Positions 36,974-50,501 of a stretch of 64,000 nucleotides of DNA are shown here, piece by piece. This DNA comes from Basidiobolus meristosporus CBS 931.73 (taxonomy: Eukaryota > Fungi > Basidiobolomycota), in assembly GCA_002104905.1 (NCBI GenBank), contig MCFE01000505.1, forward strand, positions 1-64,000, written 5' to 3'. How positions within the stretch are numbered: the stretch's first letter is position 1; each line of letters opens with the position of its first letter. The notes below the pieces were generated by a model. The model did not search any database and was not told the DNA's origin. It saw only the letters and a program-made list of their open reading frames with translations. The position numbers and the translations under genes are program-made.

Positions 36974-38478
36974 TTATCTGAGTCTAGGCTTTTGCCCCAT
37001 AACAAAGGCTCGACTAAACACCATGAGGCCGAGTGGAACACGGGGCTCTGCCATGAGGTGAAGTTCAATCCAATCTTCCAACGAGCGACGCAACTGAACT
37101 GGGGGAAGATCGACGCCCCGCCTACATCAATCAACAATGTTAATGGCCTGAGAATGGTATGATTGATGTGGTGTGAAATAGCTGACATTCCGCGTTCTTC
37201 GTTCGCAGCCTGAAGCTCCTCGAACGTCAAAGACTCTACTCCTTCTTTTTGGATCAACTGTAAAAAATTCATCCGGGTAAGTATACAGCATCAGGGGGGG
37301 GGGAAGGTGAGATTGGTTCCAAGTAAAACACGAACTTTGTCGTCGATTGTCAAATATTCGAAATGCTTCTTGAGTCTATTCTCTAGCATTTTCCTGGTAC
37401 CAATCTCCGACAGGCCCATGTATCTGACGGGAATGGTCGACATGATTAGTTGGTAGAAAACGTGACCTACTCCCACAGTTCGCTTTACCTGCAGTATCCC
37501 TTTAGCCAGTTGCGATTGATGTTGGCCAAATCGAAGTCCCCTGGGAATTTCTTGGCTAGCTGAGCCACCTTACTCATGTCTTTGAAATCCTTCAACTTGA
37601 TCTGATGCGCACCCGTTAGCTCTTTGGCAAGGGTTTCTTTACCGACTACACCCTACTCACTTGATTCTGCACAGATGACTTTAGTACATTTCTGGTGATG
37701 ACCGCACGTTTCTCGTTAACTTTGTTGCGTTGCTTCTCCTGAATATTGGGCGATTGTTAGGTTGGTTCGATGAACGCAAGATGAGATATCATGGGTACCA
37801 GTTGGGATGCGGTGACACAAGTTGATGGTACAAAGCGAGGGGCAAAGCCGATAATAAGAGGGATGACCTCTGGTAGAACAAGAGCAAGCATACCAAAGGG
37901 AATAAGCTTACGAAAATCCCTTGGAGCTTTGCTAACCTAAAGCCCGACCGAACCGAGCAAAAGAATCCCTTCCTGTTAATAAACATCCCTGACCGGTTCG
38001 AGAAGTGACTGTCTTACCAGTTGGAATTCCTTTCTGGTCAGCTGGTATCCCTGGGATTGCCGGATTTTCAGCAGCTTGGTTTTCTCGTTGTTCACCCAAA
38101 CCTGCTTCAGGCCGTTCTTGTAAAAACGGGCGAGCTCCTTCATCTTCTCCCAGCTGAGGTTGTCCGCCCAGCTCTGGATCCTCTCTTGGATGGTCATAGG
38201 CGGCTTGGCCGTTGAGTACACGCGAGAGTAGGCGCCGTTTCTGGAATACGGTTAGCTACACAGACAACAGTTGAAGTCTCCAGTGTAGGAAACACCTACC
38301 TGACAAAACCGACGTGTCGTGACCAGGTACTATTTGTAGAGTGGTCGGGTTAGTGGCGGCCCTAATGCGGGTGAAGAAATACCGCTACATACTAGTTCGT
38401 GGACACTCGAGGCTGGAAATGGAATACACCAGGCACACGCTTAATGGGCCGAAAAACTACACGACTTGCACTCTGCAT
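36974..38478 (-). CDS. Mitochondrial LETM1-like (LETMD1/Pnt1-type) protein; multi-exon
   Basis: Presequence-like N-terminus, FYKNGLKQV, LTRKEFQL|VSKAPRDFRKLIPF..LPEVIP, EELQAANEERGM and LRRSLEDWIEL. Confidence 0.8.
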
Positions 38479-38631
38479 CTTTAACGGGAAAGCTACTCCA
38501 CTGATAGAGAAGCACTTGAATTTTAGAAATTTTCAATCTTAATTGGCATCCACGATAGGAATTATTCTGGGGGAGGGGGATTTCGTTAAATTTGTATGTA
38601 AATGGAAGGAAGCCGCCAGGAAAATGAAAAA

Positions 38632-38713
38632 GGTGAGATGGCCGAGTGGTCCAAGGCGCTGCGTTCAGGTCGCAGTCTCTTCGGAGGCGTGGGTTCGAAC
38701 CCCACTCTCATCA
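38632..38713 (+). tRNA. tRNA-Leu(CAG), type II with long variable arm, no intron
   Basis: Acceptor stem GGTGAGA/TCTCATC, D arm TGGCCGAGTGGTCCAAGG, anticodon arm CTGCG-TTCAGGT-CGCAG, T loop GGTTCGAACC, followed by a TTTT terminator. Confidence 0.96.
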
Positions 38714-39256
38714 TTTTGAATGGAGCCACTTTTGTTGACCAAATGCCGACGATCCAACCAATATATACTGGCTCCAGCAATTGTGCCACGAATATATTAT
38801 GTGTAGCCTGTTATGTATGAAATAATCGGCAACAAATGACCAGTCTAAATGCTACACTCATATTGTTTGCATGAATATGTTAAACAAATCTAGATTAGCT
38901 GCAGGTATGGGTGATTGCAAAGACTTTCTCTTAAGAAGCAGCCGTTCGCCGACACAAATGCCTTTTATCTTTACGGTCCTTGTATCTAAGTATACCCACC
39001 CTTCCCCCCTAACTAATCATCTGGGTGATACATCGTATCTCAGCAATCAATCTTGTGCGTTCTCTTATACCTCATCTCTGCATAGTTGTCGAGGTTCCAT
39101 TGAAAGTTTATTTATTTATTCTAGCTTCCCTTATACAGCACACCACTAAACTAGAGCCCACTTATTCCCCCCTTTCCCCTTCAGAAGAGAGTAACCTGCG
39201 AGCACATATAGTAGAGTTCGCTAGTAGCCAGAAAACCCTTACTCTACCCACATGCA

Positions 39257-40724
39257 ATGCGCTTCTCTCAGCTCTTTCTAATCCCTATTTCTCTTGCTGT
39301 GCTTCAACCAGCACTCGTCCCTGCAGAAACTCTACTTACCGGAGACCAAGTATGCATTGACAGTCTCACACCCTGGCTTAAGAACTCTAAAGTGAGGGTG
39401 GAATGCGGGGTGGTGGAGAATCCCAACGCCTTCAAGGGTGACCGGGTGATGACTTCCGGGCCGGAGGCGACTAACATGCAACTGAATCTCCAGTGCACCG
39501 CTAACAAAGCACAATGCAACAAGGTCCGCGCGGCATTCGACACCGCCTTCAAACTGATCTCCAACACGGTCGTGTTGAATGAGCCCTTAACGGTGAACGC
39601 ATCGTTCGTGAGCTTTTGTCAGGAGTACAAGGAATGCAGCTCGCAATACAAAATCCTGGGTAACTATCCCGCTTGCTCCCATGAGCCGCAAGATATACTA
39701 ACCACTCGCCGTCTAAAGGAAGCGCGGGACCAGCCAGGACCATTGTTATGACTGACGACGACGGTAAGCCCCGGCTGTTTCCTCAAGCACTGCTGAAGCA
39801 GAAAGGCTTGACGAAGCATCCCAAATTCATTCCCTTTGACATCATCGCGGCATTCAACGCGGATGTGGATTTCTGGTTCGAGGTAAGTTCCATTGGCCAA
39901 TCGGTGACCACGCATCCCGCTCACCACCTCCAACGTAGGGCGATGGCTCGATCAAATCCACGCAGAGCGATTTTCTGTTTGTCATCGTCCACGAATTGAT
40001 CCACGGGCTGGGATTCTCTTCCGCTTGGATGGACTACATGAACGACGTCCCGAAGTTCCTGACCCCCAACATCCTGATCTCGAATTCCTCCGACCTCTAC
40101 GTGTTCAACGGCTTCGTGGAGAACATCTTCGATAAGTACCTGGTCGAGTACCCGTCGCTCACCCCACTCACCGAGACCACCGACTCGCTGAACGCCTTCG
40201 CCAGCGGCCCCGGAACCATCTTCAACAGCGAGGAGGAGTTCTCGACCATGTTCGCGCACTCTCCCCAGGCGGATGTGGCCAAGCGGACGTTCAGCCTGGC
40301 GACCACCGGGAAGACCCTGGCGTTCCTGCCCAAGAACATCACCGGCGCCGAGAAGCCCGTCATCCTGGAGACCTCGTTGAGCCCGTATGCCCAGGGGAGC
40401 TCGGTGTCCCACGTGGATTTCAAAACCTACTCCAACACCCCGGATTTTTTGATGAGATACATGGAGGATCGCGGGGTCTCCCTCGAGACGACCGTCTACA
40501 AGACGGGCAACAACCCCGGCGGCGCGGTCGGCCCCCAGGTGAGTTTGATCTTGCAGTCGTTGGGATACACCATCAACCCCAATCCCAGGCCACTGTTTGA
40601 AATCCTGCCCATGTCTGGGGGGTCTGACGCATCCCTACTGGGCACCAACAACAGCCCCACCTGCGGAAGGGGACTCGGCCTGATGCTTGGAATGCTGACC
40701 GGCCTGCTCTACACGACCCTCTAG
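39257..40724 (+). CDS. Secreted, probably GPI-anchored zincin-like metalloprotease (HELIHGLGF)
   Basis: Signal peptide; introns at about 39660-39718 and 39883-39939; HExxH at about 39990; downstream GSSVSHVD; hydrophobic C-terminal tail. Confidence 0.8.
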
Positions 40725-41025
40725 TCCCCACCCACCATATTCCATTGATATCTGCACCGTTGCTCGGTGGCTTCAACCTAATAGTAATCATCATCTAATC
40801 GTAATTCCTCGGTACCGTGATGTTGGATTTTTGAGTCCGCCGTCCAACCGGTCCCCCTCCCCCCTTTGACGCGTACCCTTCCCCCACTACCCACGGCAAA
40901 TAAACGACGTGTCAGTTTGTCCCGGGAACTGATAATATATTTTTATTCATGTGTGTTCTGGAGGAAACGATGAGGAGTGAATGTGAGGAAGTGGAATGCT
41001 GTTATCGAGGAGGCGTGGTGCCCCA

Positions 41026-42995
41026 TCAGTTGATCCATCTGAGTCCACCCAAGACCGATCGGGTCTTTCTGGAAAGGGTCTCCTGAACCTTCTCGACCAC
41101 CCCGTGCTTTCCTTGACGATCGGACAGGAACCATTCCACGATCCCTTGCTGGTCCATCTGCACCGTGCCCGACTCGAGGTTCTCCCCGGTGAGCAGTTTG
41201 CGGATCTCCTCCTCGCTGGGAAGCGCCATGCGGCGGTGGGGGTACTCGAGGTAGGGCAGGGCCTCGGGGAGCTCAAGGGAGTGGGCGTGGTTGGCTCCGA
41301 AGTACTTCTGCTCTATCAGTTGGTCGCTCACCCCGCTGATGGTGGATGGGCTCCACTTTGGATCCCGGGTCTTCGTGATCAGCGCCTTGGTGACCCCTTC
41401 GGTGAAGTCGTGCTCGGCCTGTGGGGAGGTGAGGTCGACGGGAAAAGGTGAGTATCGTCCCCGTGGGAGATGGTGAAGTCCGACCGCTACTTACCAGGAA
41501 CGACTGCACCAGGTGGTACTCCATCTTGAAGCAGTTGGCGATGTTCATCTTGCGGCCGGAGCGGAGCGCGCGAAGGGTCACCTTCAGACTGGTGGGGGAC
41601 ATCTCGTTCAGGGTGTTCAGCGTCTTCTTGGTGAAATCGGTGTTCTCCTTCTCGAGCGATTCGAAGATCTCCTCCACGGTGTCGTGGGCGAAGCATCTGC
41701 GCTAGGGGTTAGTGACGTCGCGTAGGGGCGTTACGCTGCCCGGGGCACTTACTTGTCGATGACGTTGCGGTGTTTGGCGAGGCTGTACTCGTGTCCGGTG
41801 GGCTCCGAGACGAAATCCTCGATGGCGAGGTTGATGACCTCCGGGTCGGATGTATCAAGCTCGCAAAGTCTCTCCTCCAATGCGTCGAGACGTGCGGCTG
41901 GTACGTAGTGAGTGGCGATACCTGCATATCTAGATGGATGGGTTAGCCCGTATGCAACTATGCTAGGCCTCGGCTTGTTCCTTACAGAGTGTCCTCTCCC
42001 TTGAGCCTGTCTCCGGTCAAGGCTAGGTAGGTACCGGTTTCACCATCCAATCTGGGAAGGAAGAAGGAGCCTCCGACATCAGGCAAGAAACCGATCTTGG
42101 TCTCGGGCATGGCGAATAGGGTGTTCTCGGTGGCGATTCTGAAGGGAGCGTGGACCGAGAGTCCAACACCGCCGCCCACTTGGTAAGCACTCGTTAGTAA
42201 AGATGGTCGTAGTCGTCCATCGCATCAATGCTCGCTTACTGGTGATTCCGTTGATCAAGGCCACGAATGGGGTCTTTAGGGTAGCAAGAGTGTAGTTGAG
42301 TCGGTATTCCTCCTCGAAGAACTTGAGGGCCCCGGGGTCCTTGTTCTGAGCTTTCTTGATAACGTCTGTTAACGGGAACTTAGTAGAATTCTTTGGGGTC
42401 AGAGACAAATATCGCAGGACCACTCACCAACAACATCGCCCCCAGCACAGTAGGCTTTAGGGCTGTTGGACTTCATGAGGATGACTTTGCAAAGCTCCGA
42501 TTGGTCCCAAGCCTAGATACGAAAGTGGAGGTGGTGGGGAGAGGGAGGAGGAATGGTTAAAGGGCAGAAACGGAGGCGCTCGTTCGAAACCATAGAATAC
42601 CTGGAGTTGGGGATAAATCTGACGAATCATGGGCAGATTCAACGAGTTCAACACCTTGGGTCTATTCAATACGAAAGTACGGCCTCCGTAGAGCTTCTGT
42701 TGGATAACCTCGTTCTAGTGAAGTTTTGCGTCAGTAACCACAGGATACCCGGGAAGTGGTGGGCGAAGGTGGATGCATACCTGTCGAGGGCTAATTGTGC
42801 TGTAGGATCTCTCAACCTTCAAGCGAAGAGGGACATGCAAGAGTAAACAACGCAAGAAACGTAAGTTGACACGAAGGGAATGCTGTATGTGGAGAATGGG
42901 CACAGTACTTGTGGGAGAGCCGGCGCTCTCGCGCTCAAGACCCTGACGGGAGAGGGGCCTTTGCCGAGGTGGTTGAGTAAGGAGGCTCTTAACAT
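41026..42995 (-). CDS. EHD3: Mitochondrial 3-hydroxyisobutyryl-CoA hydrolase (crotonase fold); many introns
   Basis: [68 protein letters not shown] and ALPSEEEI. Confidence 0.93.
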
Positions 42996-43359
42996 TATCA
43001 AAGTGACAGACAGGAACGGTCGAAGTGAAGAAACCCGAGGGGTATGTGCCTTGGAAAGAGCAAAATGGGGGGGCGGATGGGAGTTATGGTTCGATAGCAA
43101 AGAATAAATTCTCGACGTTGGCTGTCCGGCCGAAAAGGAAAATTTGCACCTTCGATGGCTCCAGTCGATCACACCACCGTGACATTGATTTGATCAATTT
43201 TCACCGACCTCACATTCCGTCAAATCGCCCCCTCCCCCTCCCGATTATGCTGAATCATTTGCTGGTTTCTCGATATGGTGGCTTATCACCACCTGGCATT
43301 TATTGGCATTTCTCAATACACTGTGCGCCTCGCATTAGATCATGTAGAGCGGTGCCGAC

Positions 43360-45623
43360 TCACCTTCGTCTCCTTCCCTTTTTCCCCTTGTCCGCTGGGC
43401 CTGGGTTGGGATTGGGATTGGGATTGGGCTCGATCAGAAGCGTGCCTTCCGCCAACTCCGGGGATTGCTGAATCTTCTGCTGCGTGTCCAGGAAGAACAT
43501 GAGGTCCCGCACTTGCTCTTGCAGATCCGCGATGGTTCGGTCCTTCTCGGCGGACTGTCGGATCAGTTGCTCTTGATTCTCCCGTAGCGCTGCGTTCATC
43601 TGTGTTTGCCGAGGTGGTCAGAGCACGCAAAGGGACGGGGCCATCGTTCACGGAACATACCTCTTTCTCTTCCTTCCACTCGGTTTCCAGCTTCCCAAGC
43701 TTCTCGCTCAGCTTCTCCTGCTTCTTCTCGCTGTTTCGCTTCTCTCGTACCAGATGGGGGATGTCGTTTTCCTGCAATGTCCGGCGTAACTCCGCCTGCG
43801 TTTCGAATTCGCCTCGGAGCACGTTGAACTGGTTGGTGATGGAGTTGAGCTGAGTGGCCAGGGCAGTGATCTGCTGCGTCAACGTGTCCAGTTGGCCTTC
43901 GTAGAAATTCCTTTGGGACTCCAGCTGCGAGCTCAACAGCGAGGAGTACTCCATGTCGATCGAGTCCAATTTGTCCTGCGTTGGATGGTATGTTACGGGC
44001 TGTACGCGAGTGCGCTATGGGAACTTCAGCCTACCTGGCTTATCGGGTTTCTGGAGATGTTCCCCGATTCGATCTGACCGACTGGCCCCGGTAGCTCCAC
44101 CAGCTTGCCATCGGATTTGTTCTGGATCAATCGATGCACGTAACTAATGACCCTGTTGTCAGTAACGCCCTTGTTGAATCCTGCTCGGCCACCTTACCCA
44201 TCGCCCGCATAGTCCCATACTCTCTGGGTCTCCAGCTCCAGAGAATAGAGATGACTCGTCTCCAGATAATGGTTGTGCGCGTGTGCATCCCGATACCTGT
44301 GAGGGAGCAAGCGTCAGTTCTGGCCAGCATCGAGGTTGGCATGAACCTGCGTACCTTCCGCAACCAATGTTGCCACATATCAGGCAGATCCAAAGATCCT
44401 CGTTGTTCCCACACTCCGAGCACCGGTTCGTCTCCTCTCCTTGATCCACCGTCTTCTGGCTGTACCGACAGACCGGGCAACTACCGTCCTGCCACTTGCT
44501 CAGGCAGTGGCAATGGAAAGTGTGTTGGCACAAGATGGTCAACAGGCCAGAGACGGACGCATCCATGCGCTCCAGACACACCGGACATGTCGGCAGCTCG
44601 ACCATCGAAAGTATCTGGTTCCCGCTGGCCGATTCCGGTGCGCCCGAACCCGGGTTCATGTCGTGGCTGGTGGGAAATGCGTACGATGGAATGGTGACGC
44701 TCCTGTAGTCGATGCTTTTGATGTAGACCACATGGCAGATCTCCGGCTAATAACGGTGGTTAGTGCTGATTTTCAGGTGGGGCGAGCCAGCTTACCTCCA
44801 TCGAGTTGAACGCACGTCCATTGAACTCCTTGTAGAACTCCCTCGCCATCTCGGCCTCTCGAAACTTCAGCAGCACCAGAAACTTGTTCGGGGAAGAGTC
44901 TCTGGCGGTAGTCCCAGGGTTAGCGAGGCCGGCGAAATCAAGTGCAACCGGAGGAAATTACCTGATGATTCGGAAATGGGACACGTCCTTTTTGTAGGAC
45001 CCAACGAAGCCGACAAAGTCCATGGGGGTCATGTAGGAGGGGACCGCCAGGACGCTCAGCACATTCCCCAAGCTCTCCTGGGCTTCGTGGGAGCCGGCGG
45101 AGCCCTCCACCGCGGCCTGGCTCTCCTCGGTCGAAAAGGAGATCTCCTTGACGTCTCTGTACAGCCTCAGCACACCTATATCCAAGCTGGTCGAGCCGAT
45201 CTTGGTCGGGACAAAATGGCCCACCGGCGTCGGGACCGGGTTTTTGGTTCGCGTTTGCGGGCCGTTGGCCTGACTTGCTTTTCTATAAAGGGGTAGTGTG
45301 GGGGCGTGGTTTTGAGGGTCAGCGACATTTGGTGCGGAAGGGGAGGTATTTACACGAGGAGGTTCACCGGTGAATTCGGGGCTATCTGTTTCCTCCATGG
45401 CGTACCAGTCGATCTTCAACGTACCGATCCGATAGTCGAAGCTTCTCAAGTCTTTCAAGTGCTGTTGTGCGGCTGCTTGTCGTCTAGAGGGATGGTCAAG
45501 AGTGCGAAGCAATTCCTGTGGCGTGTTCCCAAATAGATCCAACGGCTGATACTTGGTATGAGGGTTGTGTCGGGTGGATTCTCTAGAGCGATAGAAGTCA
45601 ATCCTCAAACGATAATAGTACAT
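43360..45623 (-). CDS. ETP1: BRAP2/IMP (Etp1) RING + ZnF-UBP ubiquitin ligase
   Basis: VLAVPSYMTPMDF, ELPTCPVCLERMD..LCQHTFHCHCLSKW..CPVCRY, LWICLICGNIGCGRY, LSSQLESQR and LQEQVRDLMFFL. Confidence 0.93.
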
Positions 45624-45863
45624 GGACTCTTCAACGTAAGACTGGATTGGGTTCGAAGTGCTGAACCCTCTGGAGCCCTAGCTGAATAATTCCCTGATCT
45701 TCCCAATTGGGAGATATCCGGAGATGTGCCAGCGGATAGGGTCCGAATTTATTGGTCGAGGCATGCCTCGCGATTCGACTGCTCTGTTGAATGTCCAGAT
45801 ACTCATGACGTAGCACTGTGGGGATTCAAGTGCCTTGGATCCTTCCGTGACGTGACGCCCACC

Positions 45864-46188
45864 ATGAATTCCTCGAGTTTGGAGCGTGCAAGAGACAGTG
45901 CCTTGATGGGCGGCACTATCGGCCTGTGCATCGGGTTGGTTTTCGGGACCGTCACCGTAATAAGGTAAGTCCAGTTATTTTGAGGTCGGCAAGCTTTGAC
46001 CCAACCAAACTCTGGCTAGAAACGGCCCTGGTCGAAACGGCGTTGTCCAAACCCTTGGCCGCTACATGATCTCGTCCTCCGCGACCTTCGGCTTCTTCAT
46101 GGGGGTTGGCAGTGTTGTGCGCAACGACGGCGCCTTGAAGCACGTCAACTCCAGAATACCCATCCATGTAAACCCCCAAAAAGAATAA
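45864..46188 (+). CDS. MGR2: Mgr2/Romo1 TIM23 gatekeeper subunit; 2 exons
   Basis: MGGTIGLCIGLVFG..|..LGRYMISSSATFGFFMGVGSVVR; GT-AG intron 45965-46019. Confidence 0.9.
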
Positions 46189-46406
46189 ACCTGACTTCTA
46201 CCCCACCTCCACCCCGCGCCAACGCTTCGTTCACCAACACCATATCGGCCCCCGTGGCCAACCAACCTTGGGCCGGGCTCGGGCTCGGGCTCTATTCTCT
46301 TATGATGTTGTCTTTTTATTATGTTGGAAGTAATCCTTGTCAAGAAAGAACAAAATGAGTACATGTACAGGTAAGTATGATTTTCAAACGGAGTCACGGC
46401 GAAGGA

Positions 46407-49400
46407 CTAAAACAGATTTTCCTGGGCAACCGCTAGAAGCATCGGGTCATCAAAGTACTTGTTGATACTGACATCCTCGCTTAAACCCTAGTGTGGCATT
46501 GGTCATGTTAGTACCGTCTCTCGAGGGACTCCCTCACGTAATGTAAACCGTACCTTTCTACGACGAGTCTTGAGCATGAAGTCACGGGCCAGATGAGGAG
46601 CTGGGCTGGGCTCCAAGGGGCGAAGCACAATACTCTTGTCCAATGGGTCTCCTGGGACAATCTGCCAGTGGTCAAAGATTTGTTGGCAGAAGGCTTGTCC
46701 TTGAGTGTGTGTTCTGAGATCCGTTTCGAACCCGCAAGCATCGATTACCGGGACGTAGGCCTTCACGGTGTAAAGCGGGGAGCCCGCCTTCGGAATGTCT
46801 TGGGTGACGTGACCTCTGATAGAAACGAGCCAGTTGGTAAGTGATTCTTTGAGTGCGGGAAACAACTTGCTTACCTGCGACGAGCCAGAACAGTGTAAAC
46901 TGCGGAGACGCAATCGGCCGGGGCCTGAACCTCCACGTAGTAAACTGGCTCCATGAGGCGAGGGGCAGCAGTCAGGAAAGAGGAGTAGCATACGCGACGG
47001 GCAGTTGGAATGATCTGACCACCTCCCCTGTAAATAGGTTCCGGAGCAAGAACTGTGTCTAGGATCTTGAACTTCACGTTTCTGATGGCTGTTCTCCGTG
47101 TAGAAACAATTTAGTCGCAATTAATAAATGCATATTTCATTCGGATTGCTTACGTTCGTCGCAGAGTGGTCCTTCACGGGTGCCCCATTGGAATCCTTGG
47201 CGGATGGAGTCCTTCACTGTCTTCAGCAAGTTCTTGTCGACCTCTGAGGGAAGGGTATCATCTAGCAATATGTTTGGACCAGCGTCGGTAGGCCCGAACG
47301 CCCAGATGGATCTGGATGCGAGCAAATCCCAGCCGTAGTTCTGCTCGAAGAAGTTGCCGACATTTTTGACCCCCATGTCCAGCGTGACCTTCTGCTTCTC
47401 GATATCCTCGGCGATTCCCTTTTCAAGGGGCTCAGCGATCATGGTCAGCTTGTTCCTGCAAGAGTATCATGAGTCAAAGTCCAGGTCAACCACCTCAAGC
47501 TACTTACTTCTTGTTGGGGGTTTCGGCGAAGCATTTGAGGGCGGAGCACTCAACAACTGTCTCGCAGAATCGAACCACTGGGTCGGCTACCTTGATGTCG
47601 ATTTCGGCATACATGCGACGTAGATCGTGAAGAACACAATCGAGGTAGATCTCGCCAGTTCCCAAAACGATGTGCTCGCCAGATTCCTCGACCTTCGTTT
47701 CGACTATGCAGTAGCTCTTGTTGATCTTTCTCAGACCATCCAACATTTTGGGGAGTTCGGTGGGATTCACCGGCTCAATGGCCACCTTCAACACCGATGA
47801 GGTGGGGAAACGAAGAGGGCGGAAGATGTAAAGATCCTCATTCGGCGCATACTCGGTCAATGTGGCGGTCTTGGTAATGGAGCTGTCGACCCCTCCAATC
47901 AGGACCCAGCTGCCGGCAGAAATGCCATCAACCTCAATACGATATCTGGAAAACGTCAAGTAAGAATACGAACGGCATTGGTTGTGAATGAAGGACAGAA
48001 ATACCTTGATTCAAAAATACTGATCTCGTTGACTTCCTGGATGGCCATGTCCTCCTCATCATCAACCGAATAACCCTCACCTAGCACTCTGATTCTCTGT
48101 CCCTTGGTCAAGGTACCGCTGAAGATTCTTCCGAAAGCATCAAAGCGAGAGCAGTCATCCGTAGGATAGAGCTTGACGATGTGAATCATGAGTGGACCAT
48201 CAGGATCACACTCACGCATTCCGCGCGCAATCTCCGAATTCATTGGGCCGGTGTAAGTGTGCTCAATCTTAGCAATAGCCCCATCCACAGGCGAAGGTAT
48301 ATGCTCCATACACATCTCAACGAAACCGCCGGGTGGCCCAAAGAACTCCTGTAGAACTGTGTAGAGGATATCCTTAATGTCCAACGAGAAGACCTTGGGC
48401 TTTAGATGGATACCCAGGCGGCCCAAGGTTTTCTTGAGGTTGGTCTGATCCTGGCTGATTGTCTAGGTGAAAAACAATCGTAAGCTTCAAATGAAAGATG
48501 ACCGGTGGTTTGGAAGAAATCTAGGGACCTGAGAGTAGATCTTGTAGATGGGCTCAAGAACAAACTGAACAAAGGTTCTTTGACTACCGCTTTCTGTAGG
48601 CTTGCGAGTAAATGAACGCTTGGTGGGGTTGAAATATACATCGCCCCAGAGACGCTTGGCAAAGTCCTCGGTGCTGACACCAGCTGGAAATGACAAAGAA
48701 TAGTTAGGTGGGATATCCACGAATGGCCTATAAAGTGTCCACTTCTTACGATATGTGTCCGAGTAAAGCTGGGCGAAGGATTTCAAGGTGAAACACCATC
48801 CCATTTGTCCGGAAGCGAAGCACACGTTGTTCCGTTCTGGTGACAGGCGATACTTCTTGCTATCAGCAACGCAGGTGCTGATGATACCGTTGACCTCCTC
48901 GATGGTATGTCTTAGCTTGAAGTAGGCGTCGGCAGGAGGAAGCTTCAGCTCGAGCATCAGTCTATCGACCTTGTTGATTACCAATGTAAGAGGGACGTTT
49001 TCTTGGATGACGTGTCGGATGATTTGCTCGGTGTTGACCATAACCTGCGTATAGAAAAATCAATACCGGTACGATAATCAAGAGATTTCTACACCAATTA
49101 CCCCTTCAACTGCATCCACAATCAGAATTGCTCCGTCTGCTATACGAAGTGCTGCCGTAACCTCATCGATAAAGTCGGTATGCCCTGGGGTATCCATAAC
49201 ATTGATGACATGAGACTTTCCCTTGGAGTCTGGGAGAACCAAAGACATGGGCATAGACTTGATACTCAACCCGCGCTCCCTTTCTAAACTATGGACATCG
49301 GTGTAACGCTCCTGATACACAAAAGTACGATGAGTAAAACTCCTTGCTGGCCTAGGCCAGGAAACCCGTATACTTACAGATTTTTCGGCGTCGAACACAT

Positions 49401-50079
49401 GAGTCTGGTTGATCAGCATGTCAACAAACGTGGTTTTTCCGTGGTGCAAATGACCCACCACAGCAACGTTACGAGTCAACTGAGGAATCTTCAACAGATC
49501 AAAAAGATATCTAATCGGGGGTAGGGGAAGGTCAATCAGGCCATCCTTGGAATAGCGATAATAGAAAGTACGAACTCTTTTTGGTAGGTGGTGGTGGGCA
49601 GGTTTTCCTCTTTGATCGCGAACGACTTCACCTTGATGGGCTTAACAATAGGCTCGCTCAAGGGCTGTGCATCTTCTTCCTGAACCAACGTCTCCACGTC
49701 CTCTCCATACACTTCCTCCGCACTAGGATAGTAACTTTTATCTTCGTGTAGCACTATTTGATTGCGTGGGATTTCTAGATACAAACAGAACGGGTCACTA
49801 CGTGATGGAGAAAAGCCAATTCGTCAAATGCCGTAAGCTACGTGGGTGACACCATCACGTTGACGCGTTTTTCTGGGGCATGATCGAGACGTTGGTCAAG
49901 CAAAGTTGGTAAATCTTACCATCAACACGCATGAGAGCAGATTCATAGTTGGATTCCTCCTCTTCTTCCAGCTCCTCCTCCTCGGGTAGTGGGTAGGAAG
50001 GGATGTCTTCCTCTTCACTGTCTGAACTAGGAAGATCAGGGCCGATATAGTTACCAAACTCGTCGTAATTGGAGTTCAT
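46407..50079 (-). CDS. SNU114: U5 snRNP GTPase Snu114/EFTUD2; many introns
   Basis: [69 protein letters not shown] and [13 protein letters not shown]. Confidence 0.97.
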
Positions 50080-50501
50080 TGCCTACGTTACTGAGCGTTT
50101 AAGCAAACCAACAGAAAAGGTATCTGAAAACTAAACACTAAGTCGATCGGACTTTTCTCTGACTACGCAAATTTCGGGATCCCCCTAAGGCTTTTTTTTT
50201 CTTATTTTTCGGAGTTCGTTATGCGACTTATGCGACCAACCCGGGGAAGTTGCTTAAGTTTATGAAGGATTGATTTCAATAGACTTAACATTGCTTGACT
50301 GCGATGCGATTGTGACACCCTAGATTGTCAAGGTTGATTTTGGATTGTGTATGTATGCATCTTGTATCTTCAAGGGATTTATTGATTGCGAATGAAACAT
50401 CGAGTAGGTATGCTATGTATAAGGTCTGTATATATGAACTATTAAAAGGTTGATTTACATGTGAATAATGTCCGCAGTGCAGGTTTGAGATGATGGCAGG
50501 A

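Noticed and set aside
39900-45600. Many overlapping 60-210 aa ORFs on both strands
   Set aside because: Shadow ORFs expected in GC-rich coding DNA; the real exons are accounted for by the protease, HIBCH and BRAP genes.
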